64,000 bases of DNA from Octopus vulgaris (lineage: Eukaryota): the NCBI GenBank assembly GCA_951406725.2, contig OX597814.1, positions 45,322,001 to 45,386,000 of the forward strand, written 5' to 3'. The notes under the pieces were generated by a model. That model was not told the origin of the DNA, did not search any database, and was given only the letters and a program-made list of their open reading frames with translations. The stretch's first letter is position 1; each line of letters starts with the position of its first letter. The translations under genes and the position numbers were made by a program. Below, piece by piece: positions 1-16,897 of the stretch.

Positions 1-115
1 GATAGGACTACACAGCCACAGCAGGTAATGTATCAGGACATGAAATTTAAAAGCCGGACTAGACTACTTTATGCGCAACTCCATTGTCTCCCGAGACAAA
101 AAGGATGCCAACAAC

Positions 116-181
<66 letters not shown>

Positions 182-597
182 GTATTCGCCATGATACATC
201 GCTAGCCACTAGACCTCTTTTTATTTTCTCTCTGTTTATTTCTGTCGAACAGGTAAGATGCATAAAGAATTTCAATTTTAGTGTTTGTCCATAATGTTAT
301 TGCTTTTACACCAGTTAATTAAATTTACCTGCCCATAAAAGTCAAATTTACTCAACAAGATCAGCTAAAATTACATAACTATAAACCAGAGGTATATAAA
401 GCACCCACTAACAAAACTTCAAATCTGTATCTAAAAAATTTACAAAATTACAAGCAAATACTGTGGACACCTCTCTTGAAGAAAAAAATTGTAAGAAAAA
501 AATTTATAATATTCTTCAGACATATTGACTTAAATATATATATTCTTTAACCTTTTAAAACAAGCCTTCTGTAGTGTTTTCACTTTTTACTATTTTC

Positions 598-633
<36 letters not shown>

Positions 634-636
634 TAT

Positions 637-695
<59 letters not shown>

Positions 696-735
696 GTATG
701 TATGTATATATATATATATATATATATATACATAC

Positions 736-770
<35 letters not shown>

Positions 771-785
771 TGTATGTTTGTATGT

Positions 786-920
786 AGGCACAGGCGTAGC
801 TGTATGGTTAGAAGGTTGGTTCTCAGCTATAAGGTTCCGGGTTCAGTCCCACTGTGTGGCACTTAGGGCGTCTTCTACTATAGCCACAGACCGACCAGAT
901 CTTTGTGTGTAGATTTGGTA

Positions 921-963
<43 letters not shown>

Positions 964-1150
964 TCATCACCGCTTGACCTGGTGATAGTGTTTTTGCGTC
1001 CCCGTAACTTGGCAGTTCGACAAAACAGACAGGTAGAATAAGTACCAGGCTTACAGAAAAAAAAAGTTCTGAGGTCGATTCATTCGACTAAAACTCTTCA
1101 ATGCGGTGCCCCTGCATGGCCGCAATCTAATGACTGACGCATGTAAAAGA
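786..1150 (+). mobile_element. tRNA-derived SINE, family B (CORE-like), with internal (GT)n
   Basis: Head GGCACAGGCGTAGCTGTATGGTTAG...GGTTCAGTCCC (A/B-box-like); body ...TCTTCTACTATAGCC...; tail ...GCATGGCCGCAATCTAATGACTGA...GTAAAAGA. Aligns by eye with copies at 34415, 37600 and 51292. Confidence 0.85.
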
Positions 1151-1479
1151 TAGATAAACGTTAAAAAGATATACAGTGGAACTGTGTACTTTAAGATGTG
1201 CTGAATGCCAAAACTATACCAAAAAGCGATTTGGTTTGGAAGTTGACTGACGTGTAGACAGTTTGACTGAAACAGCATATGTGGTTGTTTTGCAGCAAGG
1301 GGGCTGATTAGACAGGGTGGCGGTTGAACTTGTAATCCTTCGATTGTTAGAAATACATTTTCTCTCCAGAAAAAAAAAAAACTTTCTTATATAAAATTCA
1401 TATTAATTGTTCGGATTCTTCCTTCCGTTAAGAATTTAGTCGTTCCATCTGGCATGTTCCTCATTGGTAATGGCCTTCC

Positions 1480-2409
1480 TGTTGTTGCTGTTGTTGTTAG
1501 TTGGTGGTGGTGGTGGTGGTGGTGGTGGTGGTACTATTGCTGTTACTGTTATTGCTGCTGCTGCTACTACCGCTGCTGCTGCTAATAGTATTTATGGTTT
1601 AGAGTTAAGTGGAATATTGAGTCGTGACAGCCTTAAGATAACACTGTCGTTTTGTTGTTATAGTATGGTTGTTCTATAGTAGATGCTACTGCGGCCACTG
1701 CTGCTACTGTTGTTTCTGTTGTTTCTGTTGTTTGTTTGTTTTTTTTTCTTTTTAGAAATGTTTATTTTTTTGTTGTTGTTGTTGTTGTTTCGTTAACGTT
1801 GTTGCTGTTGTTTCAATTTTTTTTCTCTCTCTCTTTTCTTTTAATCCTATAAACAAATAATTCCTTCACCACCACCACCACCGCCGCCACCGATTCCACC
1901 ACCGCCGCCACCACCCTCACTATCACCATCACCAACAACAACTATCTTCATCCCCAGCTTAATAATACTGCTTTACCAAATAGTTTTAATGGAAAATATA
2001 GTCTTCTTTCAAAAATATTTGAAATGTGAAAATATATATATTTAAAAAAAAAAAATAAAAAATAAGAAAGAAAATATGAAAAATAAATGGAAAAAATCTC
2101 TGAAACATTAAAAATTAAAACAACCAGTTCATTTTAATTTATCGATGTTTTCTCGTGATTATCTCGATCACAATCGCCTTCATTACAGTTTACAAATAAT
2201 ATCAATATCTATGTTGTTATAATGGTGGTGGTGGTGGTGCTGGTGGTGGTGGTGGTGGTGCTGGTGGTGGTGGTGGTGGTGACGGTGGTAGTGGTAGTTG
2301 TGATGGTAGTGTTGGTGGTTACTGTTATTGTATTGTTGCTGTTGTCGTTGTTGATGGTGATGGTAGTGTGGTGATGGTAGTGTGGTGGTGGTTACTATTA
2401 TTGTGTTGC

Positions 2410-2440
<31 letters not shown>

Positions 2441-2520
2441 GGTAGTGGTGGCAGTGGTGGTTACTATTATTGTGTTGTTATTGACGATGATGGTGATGGT
2501 GGTTACTGTTATTGTGTTGC

Positions 2521-2551
<31 letters not shown>

Positions 2552-2603
2552 GGTGGTGGTGGTGGTGGTGGCCGTGGTGGTTACTATTATTGTGTTGTTG
2601 TTG

Positions 2604-2647
<44 letters not shown>

Positions 2648-3021
2648 GGTGGTGTGGTGGTGATTACTGTTATTGTGTTGTTGTTGTTTTGTGGTGGTGG
2701 TGGTGGCGGCAGTGACGGTTACAAATATTGTGTTGTTTTTGTTGCTGCTGTTGCTGCTGCTGTTGCTGCTGTTGATGCTACTGCTGCTGGTGTTCTGGAG
2801 GTGGTTGTGCGGCTGCTGCTGCTGATGTTAGTGTTTTGGGGCGGTGTACCGTTCTTGTTGGTTTTGTTGATGCTGATAGTGGTGGTAGCAGTGCTGTCAC
2901 TTGTGGTGGTAATGTTCTTACTGGTGGTTGTAGTGGTAATGATGGTTGGGGTGGTGGAGGTGGTGGTTTTTTCTTGTTGTTGTTGCTGTCGTTGTGCTTG
3001 GTGCTAGTAGTGCCGTTTTTG

Positions 3022-3053
<32 letters not shown>

Positions 3054-3192
3054 GGTGGTGGTGGTGGTGGTGGTGGTGGTGGTGGTGGTGGTGGTGGTGG
3101 TGGTGGTGGAAGTGTTGCTGGTATTTGTGGTTGTTGGATGGGCTGGAGATCGATGTGTGGAGGTGGATAAAGGATGAATTAAATCATGATGA

Positions 3193-3226
<34 letters not shown>

Positions 3227-3538
3227 GGTGGTGGTGATGAAAAAGAGAACAACGACGATGTTGAGGATGGTCGTGATAGGCGGCGAGCTGGTAGAAACGT
3301 TAACACGCCGGGCGAAATTCGTAGCCGTATTTCGTCTGTCGTTACGTTCCGAGTTCAAATTCCGCCGAGGTCGACTTTGCCTTTCATCCTTTCGGGGTCG
3401 ATAAATTAAGTACCAGTTACGCACTGGGATCGATGTAGTCGACTTAATCCCTTTGTCTGTCCGTGTTTGTCCCCTCTGTGTTTGGCCCCTTGTGGGTAGT
3501 AAAGAAATAGATAATGTTGATATTTATCATCATCATTG

Positions 3539-3571
<33 letters not shown>

Positions 3572-4115
3572 TTTATCATTATTGTCATCATCATTGTCGC
3601 TATTGTCACCATCATCATTATCATTGTCACCGTGATCATCATCACCAACATTATAACCATCATCCTTATCATTGTCACCGTCATCATCACCATCCTCATC
3701 ATCCTCATCGCTATCGTCACCAGCATTATCACCACCATCATCATCCCCTTCATCATCGAAAAAGAAGAGCAGGAGGAGGAGGAGGAGAAGGTTGTGGTGC
3801 TAATAGTATTCGTATTAATAGTGATAATGAGGGGGATTATTAATGGTGGTGGCGGTGGCGGTGGCGACGGTGGTGGCGGTGGCGACGGTGGTGGCGGCGG
3901 CAGGGCGGCGGCGGCAGGGCGGCGGCGGCAGGGCGGCGGCGGCAGGGCGGCGGCGGCAGGGCGGTGGTGATGCTTGTAGGGATGATGGCAGTGATGATGA
4001 TTGCTGCTGTTGTTTTTAACCTCGTTATCGTCGTCTTGTTGCTGTTGTTGTTACTCTTGTTAATATTGTTGTTATTGTTGCGGCTATCATTGCTTCAAAA
4101 TGATTACCTATCTTA

Positions 4116-4173
<58 letters not shown>

Positions 4174-4520
4174 TTTTGCTGTTGTTGTTGTTGTTACTGG
4201 TGTTCTTTTTGTTGGTGATGTTTCTCTTGTGGTTGTTGTTGCTGTTATCGCTGCTGTTTTGTTGCCGTCTTTGTCCTTGTTGTTGTTGTTGGTGGTGGTG
4301 GTGGTGGTGGTAGTGGTGGTCGTGGTCGTCATCGTGGTCGTGACAGTGAAGTTTGGTAAAAAAGGAGTTTGTGTGTGCGCGCGCGTGTGCGTGAGTATTG
4401 TTTTTACGGTAAACGTGTTTCTTATTGTTATTGATTTCATTGTTGTTGTTACTGTTTACAGCTGTTCTCGTTCCTGTTCTCCGGTTTTTTGTTGTTGTTT
4501 TTGTTTTAATATTTGGTTAT
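1480..4520. repeat. Compound trinucleotide microsatellite field: (GGT)n, (GTT)n, (GAT)n, (CAT)n, (GTA)n, (GGC)n
   Basis: Directly visible; accounts for the poly-V/G/L/M/I/H ORFs. Confidence 0.95.
3279..3510 (+). mobile_element. tRNA-derived SINE, family A
   Basis: GGCGGCGAGCTGGTAGAAACGTT...GAGTTCAAATTCC (B box), then core GAGGTCGACTTTGCCTTTCATCCTTTCGGGGTCGATAAATTAAGTACCAG. More than 10 related copies in the window. Confidence 0.9.
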
Positions 4521-4929
4521 GGCTGTTCCCACTGCTTTCACCGTTTGGCTTTAAAGAGCAAATCAATTTCAATCTATAATACTTATATTGTCCAATAATT
4601 TCTATCATCTAATTTGAGTTATCTCCCCTGATCGTTTATCATTATACTATTTTTGTTGGGTTTTTTTTTTTGCCTTTGTATGCTATGCATATGTCTCTTC
4701 TTTTACAGTGTATACCGTGTATACTTTTTTTATCATTTCATTATATGCAAACCCCCACACTGTATTGTCCCCCTCGTCCTTTGCCCTTATGGCAAATAAA
4801 TGAAATCATTATTATTATCATTATTGTAATTATACTGAAAGACTCTCGGATAGTTCTTAATTAACGGTTATTCTTTACTTGAAAGCAGGTAATAACAAAT
4901 CACTATAGATTTCAAGTAGTGCCTTCTCC

Positions 4930-5644
4930 TGTGTCTCAAAGAGACAATACTTGCCTTAGAATGTGAACTGTACCCAACAAATCCTGCCTTTTGAATCATC
5001 GTTCCGGACAGCAGCTCCAATATTCTTAATATGTTTTTCAAAGCCCTTGGAAACTGCTCCTAATGCTCCAATTACCACTGGTATCACTATTACTTTCCTC
5101 ATGCCTCATAACTTTCCTAAATCGTCCAACAGTGGTTGGTATTTCTCAGACTTTTCTGTTTCCTAACATTTCACCCTCGAATCACCTGGTATTGCAACAT
5201 CTATTATCCTTACTTCTTTCTCATCTTTATGGATGAGCACGATATATGGTCGTCTCACCTCTATGACTTGGTCGCAATGCATGGTAAAATCCCAGAGCAT
5301 TTTGTAATGTTCGTACGTTTATATATTTGTTGTGCAAGATTTTTTATGTGAAGTCGTGTGTTGAAACAGATATTGTTATATTTCGGAATGGTCATTATGC
5401 CAGTTTAGCCAATATATAGTGCGTGTGTTTTTATTGGCTAAACTGGCAAAATGACCATTCCGAAATATAACAATATTTGTAATGTTCGTTTTCCATTATT
5501 CCTTCTGGCTTCTGTTCATGACATTGGTCGGCTCTCTCGAGGTTTACCGAACAACAGTCAGTGGACATATCTGACCACATTGTCGTGTTTCCTTTTGTAT
5601 TCGTGCTTATCTGGCTACATTGTCGTGTCTCCTTTTCTATTCGC

Positions 5645-5645
<1 letters not shown>
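4930..5645 (-). mobile_element. Old, decayed 3' fragment of an R4/Dong-type RLE non-LTR retrotransposon
   Basis: Minus-strand translation with stops and frameshifts: ..EQKPEGIMENE.., RPYIVLIHK..IIDVAIPGD..EKSEKY..VIPVVIGALGAV. Bounded by (TTA)n at 5648. Confidence 0.75.
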
Positions 5646-8410
<2,765 letters not shown>

Positions 8411-8511
8411 ACAACAACAACAATAGTGATAATAGCCTGATGCAGCTCTTATGCCTTTTGATCTTTACTGATTGGAAGTGTTATCATGTACATTATTTTG
8501 TTCATTCTATG

Positions 8512-8577
<66 letters not shown>

Positions 8578-8580
<3 letters not shown>

Positions 8581-9763
8581 TAGTTTTATTTTTATAGCGT
8601 GCTTTCACTTCACTACCGAGCACAGCTCTGTGTGCCTTGGGTATGTGCTGTGATTTGTTGTGATGCTCTGATGGTTATTGTATAGAAAGTGTTCTGCGTA
8701 GGATGTGTGCAGTGCCTAGTAGTGCAATTTTCTGTATGTTATATGTGTTTGTAAGTCCTGGTGTTTTTGTTATGTATTTGTCTGAATATTTTTTTATCAT
8801 GCCTAATGCACCTACTATGATAGGAATTGTTTCTATTTTCAGATTCCACATTCTAGTTACCTCTATTTCCAGGTCTTTGTATTTTGAGAGTTTCTCCATT
8901 TCTTTTAGAGACACGTTGTCATCAGCCGGTATTGATACATCAATTAGAAAGCATTTTTTTCTTCATGATCTCTGACAACTATATCTGGTCTGTTGGCCTT
9001 AATTTCTCTATCTGTGTGTATCGGCATATCCCAGAGTATGGTTGCTTTCTCGTTTTCTGTGACGTTTTCTGGTGTGTGCCTATACCATCTTTTTTCTGTT
9101 GTTATTCCATAATGTTGGCATAGCTTCCAATGTATGTAGGTTCCAACTCTGTCATGTCTGTGAATATATTCCTTCTTAGCCAAGACTGGGCAGCTAGAGA
9201 TAATATGATTTATTGTTTCTTGTTCATCTCCACATATTCTGCAGTTACTTGTTATATTTCTTTTCATTACATGTTTTTGGTAATTTCTCGTGGGGAGGCT
9301 TTGGTCTTGTGCTGCAATTAAAAATCCTTCTGTCTCTGCTCTGAGTCCTGAGCTTCTCAACCATTGCTGGGATTTTTCTTTGTCTATTTCTTTTGCATTT
9401 AATTTAGTCCAGTATTTACCATGAAGGGGCTTTTCTTGCCATCGTTTTATCATGGTTCGTTGCTGTTCTATTTTTAGTTTGGATTTCATTTGTTTTATAG
9501 CTTTTGTTGTTTCTTCATCTTCTTCTTCTTCTTCATGTTTATTAGGTGGTATGATTTCTTGTTTGTATTTGTCAGCTTCCTTAAATACTGAGAACAGTTT
9601 TTTGTTTTGCTCGTGTTTTGCCGCTATCTGGATCAGTTTTCCTTCCTTCTGAAGTAGATATTTTTGCAGTCCTATGGTGGTTATTTTATAGTAGTTTTCC
9701 AGCTGTATAAGGCCTCTACCACCTTCTATACGTTGTATATATAGTCTTTCTATGTCAGATTTT
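8578..9763 (-). mobile_element. 5'-truncated R4/Dong-type RLE element, third family, one frameshift near 8950
   Basis: ORFs 8944-9489 and 8675-8914: PLHGKY, SGLRAETEGFLIAAQDQ, CRICGDEQETINHIISSC, RHD, NRPDIVV, KLSKY, LGTAHILRR. Upstream KSDIERLY..EGGRGL. (TTA)n on both sides. Confidence 0.9.
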
Positions 9764-9776
9764 TATTAATTTTTTA

Positions 9777-9861
<85 letters not shown>

Positions 9862-9893
9862 CATCATCATCATCATTATTATTATTATTATTG

Positions 9894-10280
9894 CGTGTGG
9901 GGCCCCGTTAGAATTTTCTTCAGGTCGAGTAGCCCGTCCTACTCAAAAGGTCCCTGAATAAGGGTTGTTTAAGGATGTTGAACGAAACACCCATGTTTCC
10001 AGAGGTGAATTATTCAAACCCCAAAGAATCCCACTCAACACATGGCTATGATGCTCCCTCACTACTTCTGCTCGTGATCAGAGATGCACATATCGTCAGC
10101 CACTAAGGGACATGTTCAACTGGTTAAGGTCAAGTAACTGACAAGCAAATCTGTGGTATTGAGCAGAATATTTGCTGTAGCCCATCTTTTATACCAAGAC
10201 AAAACAATATACATAACACTTCCAATCAGTTAAGATCAGAAGCAATGAGAGCCACTGCCTGGTACTGCATTAGGGCATTT
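9894..10280 (+). mobile_element. Unclassified ~560-bp interspersed repeat found in (TTA/TTG)n tracts; left-truncated copy
   Basis: Near-identical to 33970-34275 and 12600-12708. No ORF. Strand assignment is tentative. Confidence 0.75.
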
Positions 10281-10347
10281 TGTTGTTGTTGTTGTTGTTG
10301 CTGTTGTTGTTGTTGTTGTTGTTGTTGTCGTCGTCGTCGTCGTTATC

Positions 10348-10437
<90 letters not shown>

Positions 10438-10440
<3 letters not shown>

Positions 10441-11662
10441 TATTATTTTTATCGTGTGCTTTCACTCACTACCGACCGCAGCTCTGTATGCCTAGACTGT
10501 GTGCTATGGTTTGTTTTTGTGTTTTGTGCTGCATTGAAAGTGCTTTCAGTAAGGTGTGCGCAGTGCCTAGTGGTGTTATTCTCTGTATGTTATATATATT
10601 CGTAAGCCCTGGTTTTTTGGTAATGTATTTGTATGTTTTGTTTTTATGATACCTAATGCACCTATTATTATACCGACTGCTTCTGTTTTTAAGCTCTACA
10701 TTCCAGTTATCTCTTTTTTCCAGATCATTGAATTTTGAGAGTTCACCATTTCTTTTTAGAGATACATTGTCTTCTGATGCGATTGATACGTCAATTAGAA
10801 GGTATTTTTCTTGATCTCTGACAACTATATCCGGTTTATTTGCCTTGATTTCTCTATCCGTGTCTATTGACATATACCAGAGCATGGTTGCTTTATCATT
10901 TTCTAAAATCTTTTCTGCAATATGTCTAAACCATCTTTTTTTCTCTTTTTATTCCATAGTTTATTTATATTCATTGCATATATTTATTGCATAGCTTCCA
11001 GTGTACATAGGTCCCAACTTTGCCATGTCTGTGAATATATTCCTTCTTAACGAAGACTGGGCAACCAGAGACGATATGATTTATTGTTTCTTCCCCATCA
11101 CCACATATTCTGCATTTTTCTTCCTCATCTGTTTTTGGTGGTTTCTGGTAGGGAAGCTTTGATCTTGAGCCTCAATTAAAAATCTTTCAGTCTCTGCTTT
11201 GAGTCCTGAACTTCTTAACCATTGTTGGGCTTCCTTGTCTATTTCCTGGTTAGCTTATCCCAGTATTTGCCATGTAAGGTTTTTTTCTTGCCATCGTTTT
11301 ATCATGGTATTTTGTTGTTACAATTTTAGTTTAGATTTCAGTTGCTTTACAATTTTTGCTGTTTGCTCTTTTTCTTCATAGTCGTCATGTACTAGGATTT
11401 CTTTCTTGTATTTTTCGGTTTCCTTAAAGACAGAAAACAGCTTCTTGTTTTGTGACTATTTGCACCAGTTTTCCTTGGTTCTGAGATGTTTCTGTAATCC
11501 TATTGTGGTTATTTTATAGCAGTTTGTAGTTTTATAAGGCCTCTACCACCGTCAATTCGTTGTATATATAACCGTTCTATGTCAGATTTGGGGTTGTGTA
11601 TTCAAAATTTCGTCATTATTTTTTCCTTGTTTTCCTATAGTTTGGTTAGCTCATTTAATGTC
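10438..11662 (-). mobile_element. Decayed R4/Dong-type RLE element, same family as 8578-9763
   Basis: Same 3' UTR (CAGTA..GTGCTTTCACT..CTACCGA..CAGCTCTGT), NKPDIVVRD, LGTAHTL; many frameshifts. Confidence 0.85.
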
Positions 11663-11682
11663 ATTATAATTATTATTGTCAA

Positions 11683-11890
11683 GGCGGCGAGTTAGCAGAA
11701 TTGTTAGCACGCCGGGCGAAATGCTTAGCGGTATTTCGTCTGCAGCTAGGTTCTGAGTTCAAATTCCGCCGTGGTCGACTTTGCCTTTCATTCTTTCGGG
11801 GTCGATTAAATAAGTACCAGTTATGCCCTGTGGTTGATGTAATCGATGTAATGCCCTCCCCGAAGCTGCGCTTGTGGCAACAATTTAAAA
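11683..11890 (+). mobile_element. SINE family A
   Basis: GGCGGCGAGTTAGCAGAA head, B box GAGTTCAAATTCC, shared core. Confidence 0.9.
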
Positions 11891-12049
11891 TTATTATTAA
11901 TATTATTGTTGTTGTCTTACTTCTCAGAACGTTTGGTCTTGTTGGTTCTGGTAGATTCTGTGAGAGCGGACAGTAGCCTGCTGTCAGATGTCTCACAGGG
12001 TCTCTTTCCACACATTATAAGCTTTGATACTTGGCTGTTAATTATCGTA

Positions 12050-12410
12050 GAAGATATTCAACATCCAAGTACCAATCTCAAAATCCTAGCTGTCCACAGC
12101 AGAGCAGTTTTAGGGCTTGCTCTGCTCTCATATCAATTCTGAATTTTCTGCGAGTGCCCGTACAACAACTAGAATGACTGACACTCTCCTCGTGGTCCAC
12201 ATTCTTACAATTTCGTCTTTTAGTAGTCTGTATTTTTCAATCTTTTCTAGTTCTTTGTCACTTATGGGCGCATCCCGGGTATTACAATCTCTATAATCTT
12301 GGTTTCCCTTTTTCCTTTACCAGAACAATATCTGGTCTCAGAGCATCAATTAGGGAGTCACATTGGATTATAAAATTCCACAGCATTTTATATTCCTTGT
12401 TCTCGGTATT
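12050..12410 (-). mobile_element. Old RLE-domain remnant of an R4/Dong-type element
   Basis: ENKEYKMLWNFIIQCD..LRPDIVLVKEK; bounded by (TTA)n at 12412. Confidence 0.65.
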
Positions 12411-12428
12411 TTTATTATTATTATTATT

Positions 12429-12708
12429 GAGTGAAAGAGCAATGCATGCCACCAAAGTCATACTGGGGTAAAATATACGAAGCCCAGTATACCCTTCATG
12501 ACTACCCGTCTGATAAGGGTACACCAGGCACATGCATCACAACCATATGTGCGTGACATGGTAATCTCATATCAAGATAAACAGCGCATGACCTTGCAGG
12601 TAGGGACCAGTTAGAATTTTCTTCAGGTCGAGTAGCCCACTCGCTCAAGAGTTCCCTGAATTAGGGTTGCTTAAGGATGTTGAACGAAACACCGATGTTT
12701 CCAGAGGT
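12429..12708 (+). mobile_element. Left half of the ~560-bp (TTA)n-associated repeat
   Basis: Matches 33802-34082 by eye. Confidence 0.75.
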
Positions 12709-12710
12709 GT

Positions 12711-12876
12711 TATGTACATTATTTACATTACTTACATTTGACGGATATTTGTTCTCACCTTGCCTGTTGTTAACACGTTTCGGTTGATATACCCTCCAAC
12801 CTTCATCGGGTGTCTTGGGAAATTTCGAACCTGGGTTCTCATTCCTAAGGTATTTTTCGATGTTGTGGTTGTTGTT
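12711..12876 (-). mobile_element. Body of the hammerhead-containing SINE (family H), headless
   Basis: Reverse complement matches 23236-23380. Confidence 0.8.
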
Positions 12877-13026
12877 ACCAAATCGCATTTTCTTTAAGAT
12901 TCTAAAATTATACCAGGGGGTGGGGTTAAATTTATTAATTGCTTGGATAATCTTAGTTAATCGACATTTTTCATCTCATTATATTACGTATGTGAAGTCC
13001 TACCGGATTTATAGTCTGCTGGTCTT

Positions 13027-13065
<39 letters not shown>

Positions 13066-14210
13066 ATTCTTCCGTTTCTTCTTTCCCTTCTTCTTCTTGC
13101 GGGCTTTGTGGTCAGCGTCTCTGATGATGATGATAAGGAGGAGGGGAGCAGGTGGAGCAGGAGGAGGAGGTAGACGAGATGCTGATGATGATAACGACGA
13201 TGATGAAGACTACGACGACGACGACGACGATTATGATGATGATGATGATAATGATGATGATGACGACGACGACGATAACGATGATGACGATCATGGTGAT
13301 GATTGCGACGACAAAGATGATGATGATCATCATCATGATGATGATGTTATCGCTTCTTAAGCTGCACCTCACGCCCTCCTATCTTTCTTTTTCGCTTATA
13401 TTCTTTTTCTGTTCCGTTCCATTTTACCATATACGCCGCTATTCTATTCTAATTCCATTCCATTCTATTCTATTCTATTTTGTCTTTCTTTTGTCACCTG
13501 TTTACGTTAAGCCTTGCGCCACATTACATCGGATTTTGTTGCTTTTTGTTTTGGCGTTTTGGTTTTGACTTTGATATTGTATTTTGTTGTGGTTTCTTCT
13601 TTTATTATTATTGTTGTTGTTGTTGTTGTTGTTTTCTTTTCCTGCCATAGCGATTTGACAAAGTCGACATTGTTTTGATGCCTTCTTGTACACCACTCAG
13701 TAATATCTAGACGATGCTACTCGACAACCGAATGTTCCAGGAATTTACCCTTCATTTAATTATTTTATTTTTTTCTTTTGTTTGTATCTTTTATTTTAAC
13801 ATCTCTGTTTTGTTCTGCTTCTTCTGACGCTTCCTGCTTTTTTATATTTTTTTTTTCCTTCCCCGTTTCTTGTAGTTTGTTATTTTTAATCTTGAAGATC
13901 GTATTAATTTTAAATCCTCAGTCGTTGCCACTATATTATTAACACTTTGCAAGCACTTTATTTCTCTGTCTACAACTTACCGTTCTACACTTGTCTTTGT
14001 TTCACATATTCTAAATCTCTATTTCTACGCGCGCCCACACGCACGCACGCATATACATACACACATACACTTACATACACGCACACATATACACACATAC
14101 ACACACAGATACGAATAAAGATATTGTTACTATTTACTCTCCTTACTCTATTTCTTCCCCTCTTTCTCACACTCTCTCTCTCTTATTCTCTGTATATGTG
14201 TGTGTGCATG

Positions 14211-14273
<63 letters not shown>

Positions 14274-14376
14274 ATATATATATATACACATTCATATATC
14301 TCTATATATAATATACATATATATATATGTATATATATATATATACGCATGTATATATATACATATATATATACAT

Positions 14377-14557
<181 letters not shown>

Positions 14558-14856
14558 TTGATATATACATATATATATATATATATCAAGATAGAAAGAC
14601 AATGTGTTGTGAAAAAAAGACAGAGGTAGGATAGTAAGACTCAGACAGAAATAAAATGTTTGGCAAAGTGTTAACAATATAGTGACGACTCTATGTGTGT
14701 TTTTATGTATATATATACGTGTGTGTGAGTATGTGTGTGTGTGTGTGTGTGTGTGCATATATGTGTGTGCATGTGTGTTTGTATGTGTGTGTGTTCGTAT
14801 GCACATATATACATATATATGTATGTATATATGTGTATGTGTGTGTGCGTATGCAC

Positions 14857-14893
<37 letters not shown>

Positions 14894-14959
14894 TATGCCT
14901 CTATTTCTCTGTTCATATTTCTGTTCTTTTCTCATTCATTTTCTCTTTCGCTTTCTCTT

Positions 14960-15022
<63 letters not shown>

Positions 15023-16382
15023 CTCTCTATCTTTCTTCTTTTCTTTCTCTCCCTCCTTGTTTTTCTCTTTCTTTTTAACACTTACTCTCGACGCCTCCGT
15101 AGCTCTCTTCACCTCTCTATTTCACTTGGTACTTTACATAACTATTTGTACGTATAGCACTATATAAATGTGTGTAAGTGTGTGTTGTGTGTGTGTGTAT
15201 GTCTGTCTGTCTATCTGTATGTATGTATGTGTGTGTATACACATATGTATGTATGTATCCTTTATGTATGTATGTATGCATGTATATATGTATGCACGTA
15301 TGTATGTATGTATGTATGTATGTATGAATGTATGTATGTATGTATGTATGTATGTATGTATGTATGTATGTATGTATGTATGTATGTATGTATGTATGTA
15401 TGTATGTATGCCACAGAACCTCCCAAAATTAGAGCCCGATATCTAAGCCTTGTTCAAGCCTAATTAGTTTACTTATGAAAAAAACTAAACAACAACAAAG
15501 TAAGCAATCCCCGCAAACTATAAATCCACAAACACTTTGCACTTTACAACAATGAAACTCAACCCAGAATAACGAAACTAAGATATAAGAAATTTACGAT
15601 CGAGTATAGCATATGCGCATTCTCGTCATCAGCTGCCCGAACGGATATCACTACAGTTTCGGCGGATACTGATACATATGTGCGTGTATAGACAGACAGA
15701 TAGACTTAGATTTAGGCCAGTACTGACGCAGACCATATGTAATTTAATAGTACCTCTTGCTGATGTCTTTTAAGTCATATCTATAGATAACACAGACCGG
15801 AAGTTTGGAACGAATCTTGTCTGAGTGCCTGTGCTTTGCCGAATACTTCTTCGAGGATTTTGTTCAGGTATCATTTGAAGGTTATGAGGCATTTTTCTTC
15901 TTTGATACTTTGGGAATATTACCAGCTAATGTGTTGCTATGTAGTTATATCAGGAATGAGATTGCATTCATAAATATTGGCAAAGTGAATTTCAATAGGA
16001 TAACTTAAGAAAAATTTTTCGTTAAGCATGTAAATATGTTTTGTAAATTTAATTCTTAATGTTTGGAAATTATCTCCCTTTTATTGAAATTATCTCCCGT
16101 TGTGTCGTTCAGCAAGGCTCTTCATTTATGTTACTCATGTCTAATCAGTTGTAATATGTTTCAACCAGGATGCTGGTACAGTTCTCTTTTTCCTCCAGCA
16201 GTCTCATCCTGTACGTTACGCTGAGTCACGAGTGGGTGGCCCAAGAAATTGTCAATGTCTGCCCGCGGCTACATAGAAAAACATGGTACATGTACCAAAT
16301 AATTCGCACTTGTAGATTGTACCTGTAGTATTTAATAAATAGACAGATAGATAGTTATACATACATACATATATATATATAT

Positions 16383-16449
<67 letters not shown>

Positions 16450-16735
16450 TAGATATAGATATACATATACATATATATACATATAATATATATGTATATA
16501 TATATATATATACGAATTTGTCGATGTCAACATTTGTTTATTATATACATATATATATATTTGTCTACCTACTAATCTATCTCAGTACATTCTCTATTAC
16601 ATTCTCCCGCTTTCGTCTATATATATATCTAATTATATGTGTTCGTATATTCATCTGTGAATCTGTCTTTCTCATACCGTCCATTTAACCACGTTTCTGA
16701 CTTCTTTTCGTCTTAAATGCATTAACTTTTTCAGC

Positions 16736-16897
<162 letters not shown>

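Noticed and set aside
15590-15640. Minus-strand CTGATGA followed by a hairpin
   Set aside because: No GAAA or stem I/III partner.
16150-16230. Minus-strand hairpin followed by GAAACATATTA (hammerhead-like)
   Set aside because: No CUGANGA box or stem I.
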